The translations under genes were made by a program, and so were the position numbers. Of a stretch of DNA of 63,046 bases, positions 47,601-56,774 are shown one piece after another. The stretch covers positions 1 through 63,046 of IMG/VR virus record IMGVR_UViG_3300020171_000006; one strand, written 5' to 3'. Source of the stretch: a virus (lineage: Duplodnaviria > Caudoviricetes). The notes under the pieces are model-generated. The model made no database searches, was not told the DNA's origin, and saw nothing but the letters and a program-made list of their open reading frames with translations. Position 1 is the first letter of the stretch. Each line of letters begins with the position of its first letter.

Positions 47601-48518
47601 TTATATAAGTGATGCCTCATACAACATATTTACCAGCATTGCTTCTCCACTATCATATGTATTTTGACTAAATATTTTTATCATTTCACATATTGCAGGA
47701 TCACCTTTAGAAAGTAATACTGTTTTCATATAGCCCAAGATGGCTCTCCTGATTTTCTCAGGATCTTTATCAGTTATCAATTTATAAGTAGAAGAAACCC
47801 TATCCCAATTTGATTTCTTTACTAATAGCCTGCATAAATCAAGTACTGATGCCTCAATTTCAGTATCCTGTTCTACAAGGTGCAATTGCTGTTCTTCATC
47901 TTCAACGGATAATGCCTTTTCAAGTAATGTTAAAGCTCTCCTGGGGCTACCCTCAGCCCTATCAATAATAGCAAAGAATACTATATCTGATATATCTTCC
48001 TGAAGGTCAAGAAGAGCACTATTTAATAAACTTTCCATCTCTTTTTCTGATAATAGATGTACTTCAAATACCGAACACCTATTTTTAATAGTAGCAATAA
48101 TCTTCTGAGGATCAGTAGAACAGAAAATGAAATAACTTGTAGACGGATAATCTTCTATTACTTTTAACAAGCCATTCTGGGCGTCCTTAGTAAGCTGGTG
48201 TGCTTCATCAAATAGGAATATACGACATTTCCCTGACATTGGTGAAACATGAGCTTGACTAATCACTTCCCTTATCGTATCAATTCCTCTGGTATTAGCA
48301 ACATTCAATTCTGAAAAATCAATATCTGAACAGTTAAATTCTTTAGCAAGTATTCTGGCTAATGTGGTTTTACCGCATCCCGAAGGACCACAAAATAGAA
48401 ATGTATGAGGACGTTTATCAGGACTGAATTTAACAATCTTCTGTAATGATTTAATGATTGCTTCATTTCCTATTACATCAGAAAAGGAAACGGGGCGAAT
48501 ATCATTATAAAGAGACAT
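47601..48518 (-). CDS. dnaX: Clamp loader subunit (DnaX/RFC-like AAA+)
   Basis: LYNDIRP, GPSGCGKTT, DEAH, NRC. Confidence 0.9.
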   Translation of the reverse strand: MSLYNDIRPVSFSDVIGNEAIIKSLQKIVKFSPDKRPHTFLFCGPSGCGKTTLARILAKEFNCSDIDFSELNVANTRGIDTIREVISQAHVSPMSGKCRIFLFDEAHQLTKDAQNGLLKVIEDYPSTSYFIFCSTDPQKIIATIKNRCSVFEVHLLSEKEMESLLNSALLDLQEDISDIVFFAIIDRAEGSPRRALTLLEKALSVEDEEQQLHLVEQDTEIEASVLDLCRLLVKKSNWDRVSSTYKLITDKDPEKIRRAILGYMKTVLLSKGDPAICEMIKIFSQNTYDSGEAMLVNMLYEASLI

Positions 48519-48529
48519 TATAAATATCC

Positions 48530-48721
48530 TTATATATCAAGTTTAATTCGTGTATTTTCCCTTGCCTTTTTTGCTTCTAATCTCTCTATTTTTTCACAAC
48601 ATCGCATAATTGCTAATCCAAAGCACATAGATTTAACTTCATTACTCCAGCCGCGTCCTTGTGCCCATCTAATATCTTGACAATATTCTGCAATCTTAAC
48701 TTTATAAGGTTTTTTCATCAC
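48530..48721 (-). CDS. Hypothetical protein
   Basis: 63 aa, coupled to the polymerase. Confidence 0.55.
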   Translation of the reverse strand: MMKKPYKVKIAEYCQDIRWAQGRGWSNEVKSMCFGLAIMRCCEKIERLEAKKARENTRIKLDI

Positions 48722-51138
48722 ATCTCCTCCATCGAGAGCCAGTCAATACCACAAAGCCATTTCAATTTGAATGGGGCATTTTTAGTCCAAGACCAGTGAT
48801 TCTTGTTTATTGAGCATTCTTCAACTATTGCCATCAGTTCTTTCTGTTCCCGCTTCTTAACATCAAATGTGAGGCTATCATGAATTTGCAGTACTGGCAA
48901 TGACTCAAATCCTTTTATCAGCGGGAGGATCCGGTTTAAACTATCAAGTAAGCAATGAAATGCTGTTCCCTGTATTGGTGTATTTACAATCTGATTTCTG
49001 GATAATGGAGCATGCCGTCTAAACCCTGTTGCTAATTCTACATAACCATTTCTATCATAAAATCGTTCCTGTTCATCCTGCCAATCAGCAACTCCTCTAT
49101 AAGTATTATAAAACTCCTCCTCAATTTTCTTAACATGATTTTCCTCTACCCCTAAATTAGTTGATATTGTTTTATAGTAAGAACCATAAAGAAGTGCAAA
49201 CATAAACCCACCTTTAGCATTATTGCGCTCCTCTTTAGTAATCTTATTTTCTGGTTTTCTAAATAGTTTACTTGCCCAATATCTATGCATATCAAATCCA
49301 CTATATAACTGGTCTAATAGCACTTTGTCATGCGCTAATATCGCTTGTACCACTACTTCCATTGCTTTATAATCTGCTTCTAAGAAGAAATCATGTCGTG
49401 GTATAAATATCTTTCTAAATTCCCTCTGTTGCTCATCTCGTTTAGGAATATTCTGCAAATTAGGTGAATCACAGGAAGATCGAAATGACCGGGCAATCCA
49501 TAAATTATATGTTGGATGTAAGAATCCATCAGCATCACAGTATTTAATAATACTTTCTAAATAGGTACTTGACATCTTTTCAAGGGTTTTATAAGTAGTT
49601 ACTGCTTGGGCAAATTTACCTATTTCATCATTTTTGTTAGCAAGATATTCAAACAATTCATCATTAACCTGGGGACTGCCCTTTTCTGTTTCCGATAATG
49701 GCTCAATTCCATAATGATCGAAAAATACCCACCTCAGATGTAAGGATGAACCTGGATTGAATTTCTTACCTTTCACTCTTTCAAACTTATTCACAGCATC
49801 AGAAGATTTAATGATTTCTATTGCTGCATCCCTATCCTTATTTACTTTTGCCCGGTACTTTTCATAAGCGGGCATATCAATCTTAACACCATTATACTCT
49901 AATTCAGCAAGTGAAACATTAGATTGTATATAGAATTTTACTGGAACTATCTGTTTACGCCTTTTTAATTCTTTTGCATGATTAGAAGCTATTAAGATTG
50001 TAAATCGACTATCTAATCCTGAATACTTTACTTGATTTTCTAATGGGTTTGAAGCAAAGTTCTTTACATCCACCATATCCTTATATTCTTCACCTGTATT
50101 CTCAAATACCTGAAATGCTAAACTCTTCTTTTCTTGTCGCTCATCCAGAATGTGTTTAGAAAGCATAGTATCCCATACCCAGTTATTAACTGGATGTCTA
50201 AACAGTACTCGTGTCCATGCCTCTTCAAACTTAAAGGCTTGATTACATTTTGGAGTACTGGATTTTAAGAATTTAGAAAATGTATCCCATATTTCGGGGT
50301 CTTTTGGATGAAGAGGAATTACATAGGCTAAATCTTTAGATTGTGCTATTGAAACCATATGAATAATGGGATTTCCTGTATAAGGATTTAATTGATTAGT
50401 TTCATAATCAAAATTAGTTATTTTCTTATTATTAGTAAATAATTGGATAATTTTAATACAATCTACTTTATTTCCAAGCCAAATATTACCACCCATTCCA
50501 ATTAACTGTTCAGGTAAATCAATATCCAGATACTTTAAAGCCTTTTCCATATCTCGCATAAACACATCTTCCATATCTCGGTCACGAAGGATATAAGCAG
50601 GGTGATAATGAACGCTCACCCAACAATCATATTTAATTGAAGGATAAACATCGCCTCTAATAAGATGTAATCCTCCTTTTCCTCTTAACCCTGGAACAAT
50701 ATGATCTGGAAGCATTCTCTTTGCCGCTTGTAAACCAAAGCACATTATTAAACGCGGTTTAGCTTTCTTAATTTGTGCTTCTAATCGCTCATAACAATAT
50801 TCTACTTTACTTTCATCAAAAGTATTATCGGGTGGTCGGCATTGCAGAACATTGGAACGAGTACAATGCCTATCCATTTCAACCCCAAACTCGGAAAATG
50901 AATCATCAAGGAACTTACCGGCTTTCCCTATAAATGGGATTCCTGTTTTATCTTCCTCTTCACCTGGGGCTTCACCAATTATAAATATGTTTGATGCGCC
51001 CTCTCCAAATGGTTTTATCTTAGGATTTAAACATATTTTATAGAGTCCACACATCAGGCACGGATCAGCAACAAATCCATGATGCTTAACAATTTTCTTA
51101 CCGGCAACCTCATTTATATCAAAAAGCATATTTTTCAT
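48718..51138 (-). CDS. polA: Family A DNA polymerase with N-terminal family-4 uracil-DNA glycosylase domain
   Basis: GEAPG..ED, CRPP, HPAY; exonuclease DYET; ADYKAME, K..F...LYG, IHDS. Confidence 0.93.
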   Translation of the reverse strand: MKNMLFDINEVAGKKIVKHHGFVADPCLMCGLYKICLNPKIKPFGEGASNIFIIGEAPGEEEDKTGIPFIGKAGKFLDDSFSEFGVEMDRHCTRSNVLQCRPPDNTFDESKVEYCYERLEAQIKKAKPRLIMCFGLQAAKRMLPDHIVPGLRGKGGLHLIRGDVYPSIKYDCWVSVHYHPAYILRDRDMEDVFMRDMEKALKYLDIDLPEQLIGMGGNIWLGNKVDCIKIIQLFTNNKKITNFDYETNQLNPYTGNPIIHMVSIAQSKDLAYVIPLHPKDPEIWDTFSKFLKSSTPKCNQAFKFEEAWTRVLFRHPVNNWVWDTMLSKHILDERQEKKSLAFQVFENTGEEYKDMVDVKNFASNPLENQVKYSGLDSRFTILIASNHAKELKRRKQIVPVKFYIQSNVSLAELEYNGVKIDMPAYEKYRAKVNKDRDAAIEIIKSSDAVNKFERVKGKKFNPGSSLHLRWVFFDHYGIEPLSETEKGSPQVNDELFEYLANKNDEIGKFAQAVTTYKTLEKMSSTYLESIIKYCDADGFLHPTYNLWIARSFRSSCDSPNLQNIPKRDEQQREFRKIFIPRHDFFLEADYKAMEVVVQAILAHDKVLLDQLYSGFDMHRYWASKLFRKPENKITKEERNNAKGGFMFALLYGSYYKTISTNLGVEENHVKKIEEEFYNTYRGVADWQDEQERFYDRNGYVELATGFRRHAPLSRNQIVNTPIQGTAFHCLLDSLNRILPLIKGFESLPVLQIHDSLTFDVKKREQKELMAIVEECSINKNHWSWTKNAPFKLKWLCGIDWLSMEEM

Positions 51139-52190
51139 TTCTTTTCCTTTTTCTTTACTGCAACTACTGATTTAAACCTGCCATCTTCTGACTCCCCATA
51201 GAAAACACCCATAGAATCATTGAGCAGGAACTTATCACAATTTGATAACATTACTGACAAATGATATGGATTCAGATTATATCCACCCTTTGGTAATCTC
51301 TTTCCAAAGTCCAGTATCTGCTGAATAGAAGCTGTTTCCCCCGCATAACTAATAGAAATATTCTCTCCAAAGGATAACAGGCATTCAGCATATTCAATAA
51401 CTTCACCTGTAAAATCCCCTACTGTTTTAAGTGCTTTCATCAATTCCTGTTTTGGTAATGCAATCAATTCATCCTTTTTAAACTCAGGAAAGAACTTGTC
51501 TGTAGAAGGATAACCAGTTCCATCCATTAGATTACCGAATAGAATATAATCCCCAGCATAGAAAATACATTTGGAATCCTGAATTAGAATATCTCGATCA
51601 CCGTCAAACTTATCTATTGATGCAACTACTTTAGAAAACTCAGTGGGAAAGATAACCGGGTCAGTTGATATAGTTCTTTCCAGCTTACAATTTGCTATCC
51701 TCATCCCGTCGGTAGCAGATAATGAATCATCCTTTAGATACACCCCACACAATGCTAATCTGGATGAACTTTTTGAAGCAAATGGATTAGTAAGTTTTAA
51801 CCCATTTACAAAATCATAATTAACCTGCACTGTTTCATCAGAAGAAAGGCTTTCCACTATCTCATCAAAATTGAAATAGTCCTCATCAGATTCAAATGGT
51901 AAAACTGAAGATGCCTTTCCTGCTTTTAATGTAATGTTCTTATCATCTACTAAGATTTCCACTTCATCCTTTGTTATACTGTTTACGAATACAGCAAACT
52001 TATCGAAGGGAACCATGAACCCAGCTGTTTCTAATTCCATTGGATAGATAGCCCCAATAGAACCATTGAAGGTTATAAGGGAGTCATTCCTGAAACAAAT
52101 GTTCTTTAGAATAGGAATAGCGTCATTTTTGGAGACAGCAAATCTAAGAGCATTGATAACTTTCTTAAGTTCAGCAGTTTTTAACAGCAT
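51135..52190 (-). CDS. dnaN: Beta sliding clamp
   Basis: AIPILKNI, LCGVYL..SATDGMRIA. Confidence 0.85.
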   Translation of the reverse strand: MLLKTAELKKVINALRFAVSKNDAIPILKNICFRNDSLITFNGSIGAIYPMELETAGFMVPFDKFAVFVNSITKDEVEILVDDKNITLKAGKASSVLPFESDEDYFNFDEIVESLSSDETVQVNYDFVNGLKLTNPFASKSSSRLALCGVYLKDDSLSATDGMRIANCKLERTISTDPVIFPTEFSKVVASIDKFDGDRDILIQDSKCIFYAGDYILFGNLMDGTGYPSTDKFFPEFKKDELIALPKQELMKALKTVGDFTGEVIEYAECLLSFGENISISYAGETASIQQILDFGKRLPKGGYNLNPYHLSVMLSNCDKFLLNDSMGVFYGESEDGRFKSVVAVKKKEKK

Positions 52191-52227
52191 TGTTTTGTCC
52201 TTTTTTTACGTTAAAATTTCTAACTCA

Positions 52228-52281
52228 TATACTTATACACCCTAAGTGGAGATCATTAAAATTTGAACCATTATGACCCCT
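52228..52281 (-). promoter_or_regulatory. 54-bp conserved motif, copy 2
   Basis: 46/54 identical to 39166-39219. Confidence 0.7.
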
Positions 52282-52296
52282 TTATATGCGACATTT

Positions 52297-52809
52297 TTAA
52301 AAGATAAGAGGACTATATACCCTGACTTCATGTCCTAATATCTTTCTTTTCTGTGGAAGCCAATTTCCTTGAAGTCGAGTACGTTTTTTAAAGCATCCTT
52401 TTTTCAATAATTCTGATAAATTCTCTATTACTACCTGACCTGTATAGATTGTATCCGGCGGGTCTGTTTTCCATGTATTTAATACAAACGGTTTAATCTC
52501 ATTCATAAATCCATAATTCCAGCAATAGATCCCAAGCATTGTATCTGAATACATATAGATTTCTAAATTTCGAGTAAGGATAAATACAGTTTTCAATTCA
52601 TCCTGCCATAGTATAGATTTAAGTTGCCTTAGAGAAACTGAGGTCTTTTCAGTAATCAATTTTAGAAAAGGATCAGTTGGAACTTTAGTAATAGAGGTTT
52701 TTACCCGCTTCTTACACATTTTAACATGATTTACAAATTCTATTGAAGTTCTTGATGATGTATTCTCAAAAATTTGATTACAATATTTACAGATGTGGGT
52801 GCGATTCAT
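52297..52809 (-). CDS. Zn-finger hypothetical protein
   Basis: CKYC...H...C. Confidence 0.7.
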   Translation of the reverse strand: MNRTHICKYCNQIFENTSSRTSIEFVNHVKMCKKRVKTSITKVPTDPFLKLITEKTSVSLRQLKSILWQDELKTVFILTRNLEIYMYSDTMLGIYCWNYGFMNEIKPFVLNTWKTDPPDTIYTGQVVIENLSELLKKGCFKKRTRLQGNWLPQKRKILGHEVRVYSPLIF

Positions 52810-53033
52810 TTTCTTTTCCCTTTGTTAGTAAGTTCACCCATAACCATGATTAAAGCAAAGAGTGCAATCCAAATTCCTCCACATATCAATCGCCATGCTA
52901 TTGGTTGAATAAATAGAATTCCTGTCCAGATGATAAAGTAACCAACAAAGAAAATCATTGAGGCATTCTTAATTGACTTTACTTTCTGCCTCTGCTTCCG
53001 AATCCATTCAGTTTCAGTTTCTACTTCTTTCAT
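52806..53033 (-). CDS. 2-TM membrane protein
   Basis: Hydrophobic helices. Confidence 0.65.
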   Translation of the reverse strand: MKEVETETEWIRKQRQKVKSIKNASMIFFVGYFIIWTGILFIQPIAWRLICGGIWIALFALIMVMGELTNKGKRK

Positions 53034-53036
53034 ATA

Positions 53037-54011
53037 CTACTCCGATTTTAAAAGATTTTCCTTAGTTTTCACCGTAAGCGCAGAATCACAGTAAGGGCAA
53101 TTTGTAAGTTGCCCTTGTAACTTTTTAATTTCTCCTTCTAATGTTACTAATTCATAACCCTTATTTCTAATTCCCTCTTTTAATATCTTACATTTTCTAA
53201 TTATCTGTTCAATAGTTTCTAATTCATTCCTTTTGCTTTCTACTGTTTTAATATATTTAGAAACAGCATCTAATATCTCTCCTGCTTCCTGAATCTGTTT
53301 ATCATCTACAATCTTACTCTTTACCCACTTTATCTCTGCAATTATCTTTTGTAAACTACTTATGCTGTTTACTACATTATTTCGCCTATCTATACACCTT
53401 GTAATATTCTTCTGAATAGATTCTAATTCCTGTAAAACATTCTGAATACCAGATTCTAAATATTGATTAGCATTATCAATCTGCTTATTGAGACTATCTA
53501 TTTCTGTTCCTGCCCCTACCTGTTTCCTTTTTAGAATATCGAGAGCATTGGTAAGTTTATCCAGTTTAGTAATACCATTTAGATACTTTGCCGCTTGCCC
53601 AGGAGTTTGCAAAAGTAAGAAATGAGGTTCTAATTGCATTTGAACATTAATATCAGTCAGGTTTAAAATCTCTATTACTGGTTCAGGAACATCATTTCCG
53701 AGTACTGAATAGTTCTGAATTTTACCAGCTAAATAAGTTTTGTAAGAACCTGTAGAAGTTTTACCTCTTGCTCTAATTACTGCACCAGTAGAATTTTCTA
53801 ATATTACTTTGGATTCATCTTCGCCATTCCGAAGAAAACAAGTTTTAAAAGAATCACCACCAGGGCTATTTGTTCTCAACCATTCGATAGCCCGAATAAT
53901 TGAGGTTTTACCATGATCTGATGCGCCTACAATCACGTTAAATCCAGGAGAGAATTTTAATTTAGAATTTTCGTGACTCTGAAAATTCTTTATTGTCAAA
54001 TTTTTAATCAT
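53037..54011 (-). CDS. sbcC: SbcC/Rad50 N-terminal half (Walker A, coiled coil, zinc hook)
   Basis: IKNFQSH, GASDHGKT, CPYC near the C-terminus. Confidence 0.85.
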   Translation of the reverse strand: MIKNLTIKNFQSHENSKLKFSPGFNVIVGASDHGKTSIIRAIEWLRTNSPGGDSFKTCFLRNGEDESKVILENSTGAVIRARGKTSTGSYKTYLAGKIQNYSVLGNDVPEPVIEILNLTDINVQMQLEPHFLLLQTPGQAAKYLNGITKLDKLTNALDILKRKQVGAGTEIDSLNKQIDNANQYLESGIQNVLQELESIQKNITRCIDRRNNVVNSISSLQKIIAEIKWVKSKIVDDKQIQEAGEILDAVSKYIKTVESKRNELETIEQIIRKCKILKEGIRNKGYELVTLEGEIKKLQGQLTNCPYCDSALTVKTKENLLKSE

Positions 54012-54333
54012 CCTCTGCCACCTTTAAATCACCCTCTTCATAAGCTATTGCTATCACTGTGATCTCTTCCAATTTGCACGTTACCAATGAATACCTCTTG
54101 TATTTCTCAGTTGTAATCAGACAAGGAATCTTATTTTCCAGCTTTGCCAGTTCTGCGGTCTTTCTAAATAGATTATGAAATGCAAATCGTTTACTATATT
54201 TTTGCTCCATATAAATATCTTTATGTAGAGAATCAGAACGGGTATGTCTGGAATTTCCACCGGATAGAGGGGTGCGCTCAGTACCAAACTTTCTGGCTAT
54301 TCTCCTCTCTACATTTTTCCAATTCTTATTCAT
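54004..54333 (-). CDS. Holliday junction resolvase-like PD-(D/E)xK nuclease
   Basis: WKNVERRIA...SD...EQK. Confidence 0.7.
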   Translation of the reverse strand: MNKNWKNVERRIARKFGTERTPLSGGNSRHTRSDSLHKDIYMEQKYSKRFAFHNLFRKTAELAKLENKIPCLITTEKYKRYSLVTCKLEEITVIAIAYEEGDLKVAEDD

Positions 54334-54478
54334 TTCAATCTCTGTAAAATTAAACCAACAATAATAGTTATTACAAATAATTCGCCAGCAATAATACCAA
54401 GTCCAAAGTCCATTTTACCTTTCTCTCCTTTTCCTTTCTACTGGTTTATATACTTTTCGCCATACTGTATAAACCCAT

Positions 54479-55099
54479 TCATAAAATTTCTTTCAATATT
54501 TTCTTCATGCATTTTTCTGGTGATTTGTTTATTTCATGTTCCCAAAATCTTAGAGTTTTATATCCTAAAAACTGAGAGGCAAAATCTTTATTTAAATCCC
54601 TCTTTTTCATATCTGATAAATTATGCCAGTAATCACCATCACATTCTACAATTAAATTTGCTTCTGGAATAAAAAAATCTACTATCCCAACATTCTTAAT
54701 GTGGACTTGCTTTTTATATGAAATATTATTTTTCTTCAATTCCTTTTCAATGGCAATTTCAATGGAAGTATCTTTAAATCTATCTTTATTTTTCAGCATG
54801 TAATTAATATGTGAATTACTCATTTCTCTTTTTGATTCTTCAGAATGAGGCCGTCCTTTATGTGATTCACTCATTTTTCTTTTTGTAGTTTCTAGGTGTC
54901 TATAACCTTTATGTGATTCACTCGATTTTTTACGTGTTTCTTTAGAATTTAAAAAACCCAAACGTTCTTTTCGTTTTTTTCTTGAAATACTTATTTCTAA
55001 TTTTGTTTTTTCTGTTTGTTTTTTATTTCTTCGATTATGCCCATGAATAAATCTATTTCCTTTTTTTACTTCTTTACCACAACCACATTCACATAACAT
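54479..55099 (-). CDS. Free-standing NUMOD3 + DUF559/Vsr-like endonuclease
   Basis: Start MLCECGCG after GAGG; SESHKG repeats; ECDGDYWH. Confidence 0.85.
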   Translation of the reverse strand: MLCECGCGKEVKKGNRFIHGHNRRNKKQTEKTKLEISISRKKRKERLGFLNSKETRKKSSESHKGYRHLETTKRKMSESHKGRPHSEESKREMSNSHINYMLKNKDRFKDTSIEIAIEKELKKNNISYKKQVHIKNVGIVDFFIPEANLIVECDGDYWHNLSDMKKRDLNKDFASQFLGYKTLRFWEHEINKSPEKCMKKILKEIL

Positions 55100-55123
55100 T
55101 TTATTTCCCTCAAAATTATAAAA

Positions 55124-55257
55124 AGGGCTGATTGCTTTGTGTTCATGGTATACAGGAAACCCTATACTACCCAAAGCGCACAGCCCTATATTATTGGCAA
55201 TAAAAAATCCTGCTGCCATGAACAATATCAATATAATATATTTTAAGAAAAAGTCAA
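55124..55257 (-). promoter_or_regulatory. Sigma70-like promoter + structured leader of the endonuclease gene
   Basis: TTGACT-16 nt-TATATT, then two interleaved stems. Confidence 0.6.
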
Positions 55258-55266
55258 ACATTATTT

Positions 55267-56265
55267 TTATCTTAATCTTTTCTTTCTTTCTGATGGTAAA
55301 TATAGTTGTTTCCATAATCCATAAACTGTAGCTTCAAGTTCATCTTCAAGCCTATTTTCTTCTATATAATTTATCATATCATTAAATCTTAATTTTTTAC
55401 CATCAAATTGATGCCAACCTTTTGTCACATCTGATCTATTTTCCTGTAAAAATTTTAGCGAACTTGAGATGTTATCAATTCCATAATCAAACAGAATATC
55501 AAATGAACCTTCTCTGTATGGTGGTGCAATCTTGTTTTTATCCACCTTAAAATTGATTGTTACACCCATTATTTTCTTATGAGCGTTCTCTATCTTACCA
55601 CCCGGAGTTAATAAAACTCTTGTAGACGCATAAAATTTAAGTGCTTCACCACCACTATAAATATATTTTTTTATAAAACTTCCGCCTATATCCTGTCTTG
55701 TCTGATCAACAAAAATGAGAGATAGGTTCTTTTGGCAGAGTTTCCAGATTGTTTTACGGAATGAAGCACTTAATGCCTTTGCCCTGGATGCCCCATAAGG
55801 ATCTTTCTCATCCATTTCATGTTCTGAGGATATAGCAGATAGACTATCAATAGAAATAACATTAAGTGTATCAGGTTTACAATCTCTTAATGTTGGTTCA
55901 ATAATATTTTTAAAAAGGGATTCAATAGTAATATTATCTGTAGTATCATCTTTTATTATACTTTCCGAACGTGGGGAAAGATATATTAGTTTAGCAATAT
56001 CTATTCCAAATAGCATTTCAGCCCGTTTAGAATCAAATGTACCTTCAGTATCGACAAGAGTAGCTATACCTCCCTGCCGCTGGGCAGAACCCAGCGGCTC
56101 AAGGGATATGATGGATTTAGATGTGGATTCAGGGCCATATACATGAGATATTCTACCAACCCCAAATCCACCTGGCAATCTATCTGCAATGGCAAGGTCA
56201 AGAATAGTACATCCTGTTGAGAAATACCCGGAAACAGGAGGTAGGGAATCTATATTATCTTTCAT
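55267..56265 (-). CDS. recA: RecA/UvsX-like recombinase
   Basis: STG..LD, YGPESTSKS, IDSL, GGEALKFYASTR, KNKIAPP. Confidence 0.92.
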   Translation of the reverse strand: MKDNIDSLPPVSGYFSTGCTILDLAIADRLPGGFGVGRISHVYGPESTSKSIISLEPLGSAQRQGGIATLVDTEGTFDSKRAEMLFGIDIAKLIYLSPRSESIIKDDTTDNITIESLFKNIIEPTLRDCKPDTLNVISIDSLSAISSEHEMDEKDPYGASRAKALSASFRKTIWKLCQKNLSLIFVDQTRQDIGGSFIKKYIYSGGEALKFYASTRVLLTPGGKIENAHKKIMGVTINFKVDKNKIAPPYREGSFDILFDYGIDNISSSLKFLQENRSDVTKGWHQFDGKKLRFNDMINYIEENRLEDELEATVYGLWKQLYLPSERKKRLR

Positions 56266-56774
56266 CCTCTTCTCCTTGCCCCTGTTCTTTCCTTCAAAGT
56301 TTTTATATTACTTTCATCCACAGCTTTCCCAAATCCGGCAAGGGAAATACGGTTATTGATCATGGAGCGTCTATGCTCAAAAGCAGATATGAGCATGTAA
56401 ATTTCATAATCAAGCAGTTCACATTCTGAACGAATATCTCTTGCTTCCTGAGCGGATGGATTAAAATCAATAAGTTCCTGTAACATAACCTCTGTAGTTT
56501 TTAATCCCTGTTCATCCCGCTCCTTTCTAATCTTTAATCCTAATTCAGCTTTGAGATTCTTAACAAGCAATTCTGCTCGTTTGAGTAATCGCTTTGCCTG
56601 AACAGAATCCTCAATAACTGAAAAGTAAATACTGGAATGCTCATTACAGGTAGTTTCTAAATTTAAAGCAGAAAGACTTAATTCTGGTACTACTTTAAGT
56701 TTAGTCTCTTCAAAATCCTCTACTAAATCTTTAAAGAGTTTCAATAATTGTGATACTTCCTTTTCTACATTCAT
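56262..56774 (-). CDS. UvsY-like recombination mediator
   Basis: Helical protein between SSB and RecA; AFEHRRSM. Confidence 0.55.
   Translation of the reverse strand: MNVEKEVSQLLKLFKDLVEDFEETKLKVVPELSLSALNLETTCNEHSSIYFSVIEDSVQAKRLLKRAELLVKNLKAELGLKIRKERDEQGLKTTEVMLQELIDFNPSAQEARDIRSECELLDYEIYMLISAFEHRRSMINNRISLAGFGKAVDESNIKTLKERTGARRRG

Noticed and set aside
55100-55315. Hydrophobic N-terminal extension of the endonuclease in the ORF track
   Set aside because: It overlaps the recA end, promoter and structured leader; the likely start is 55099
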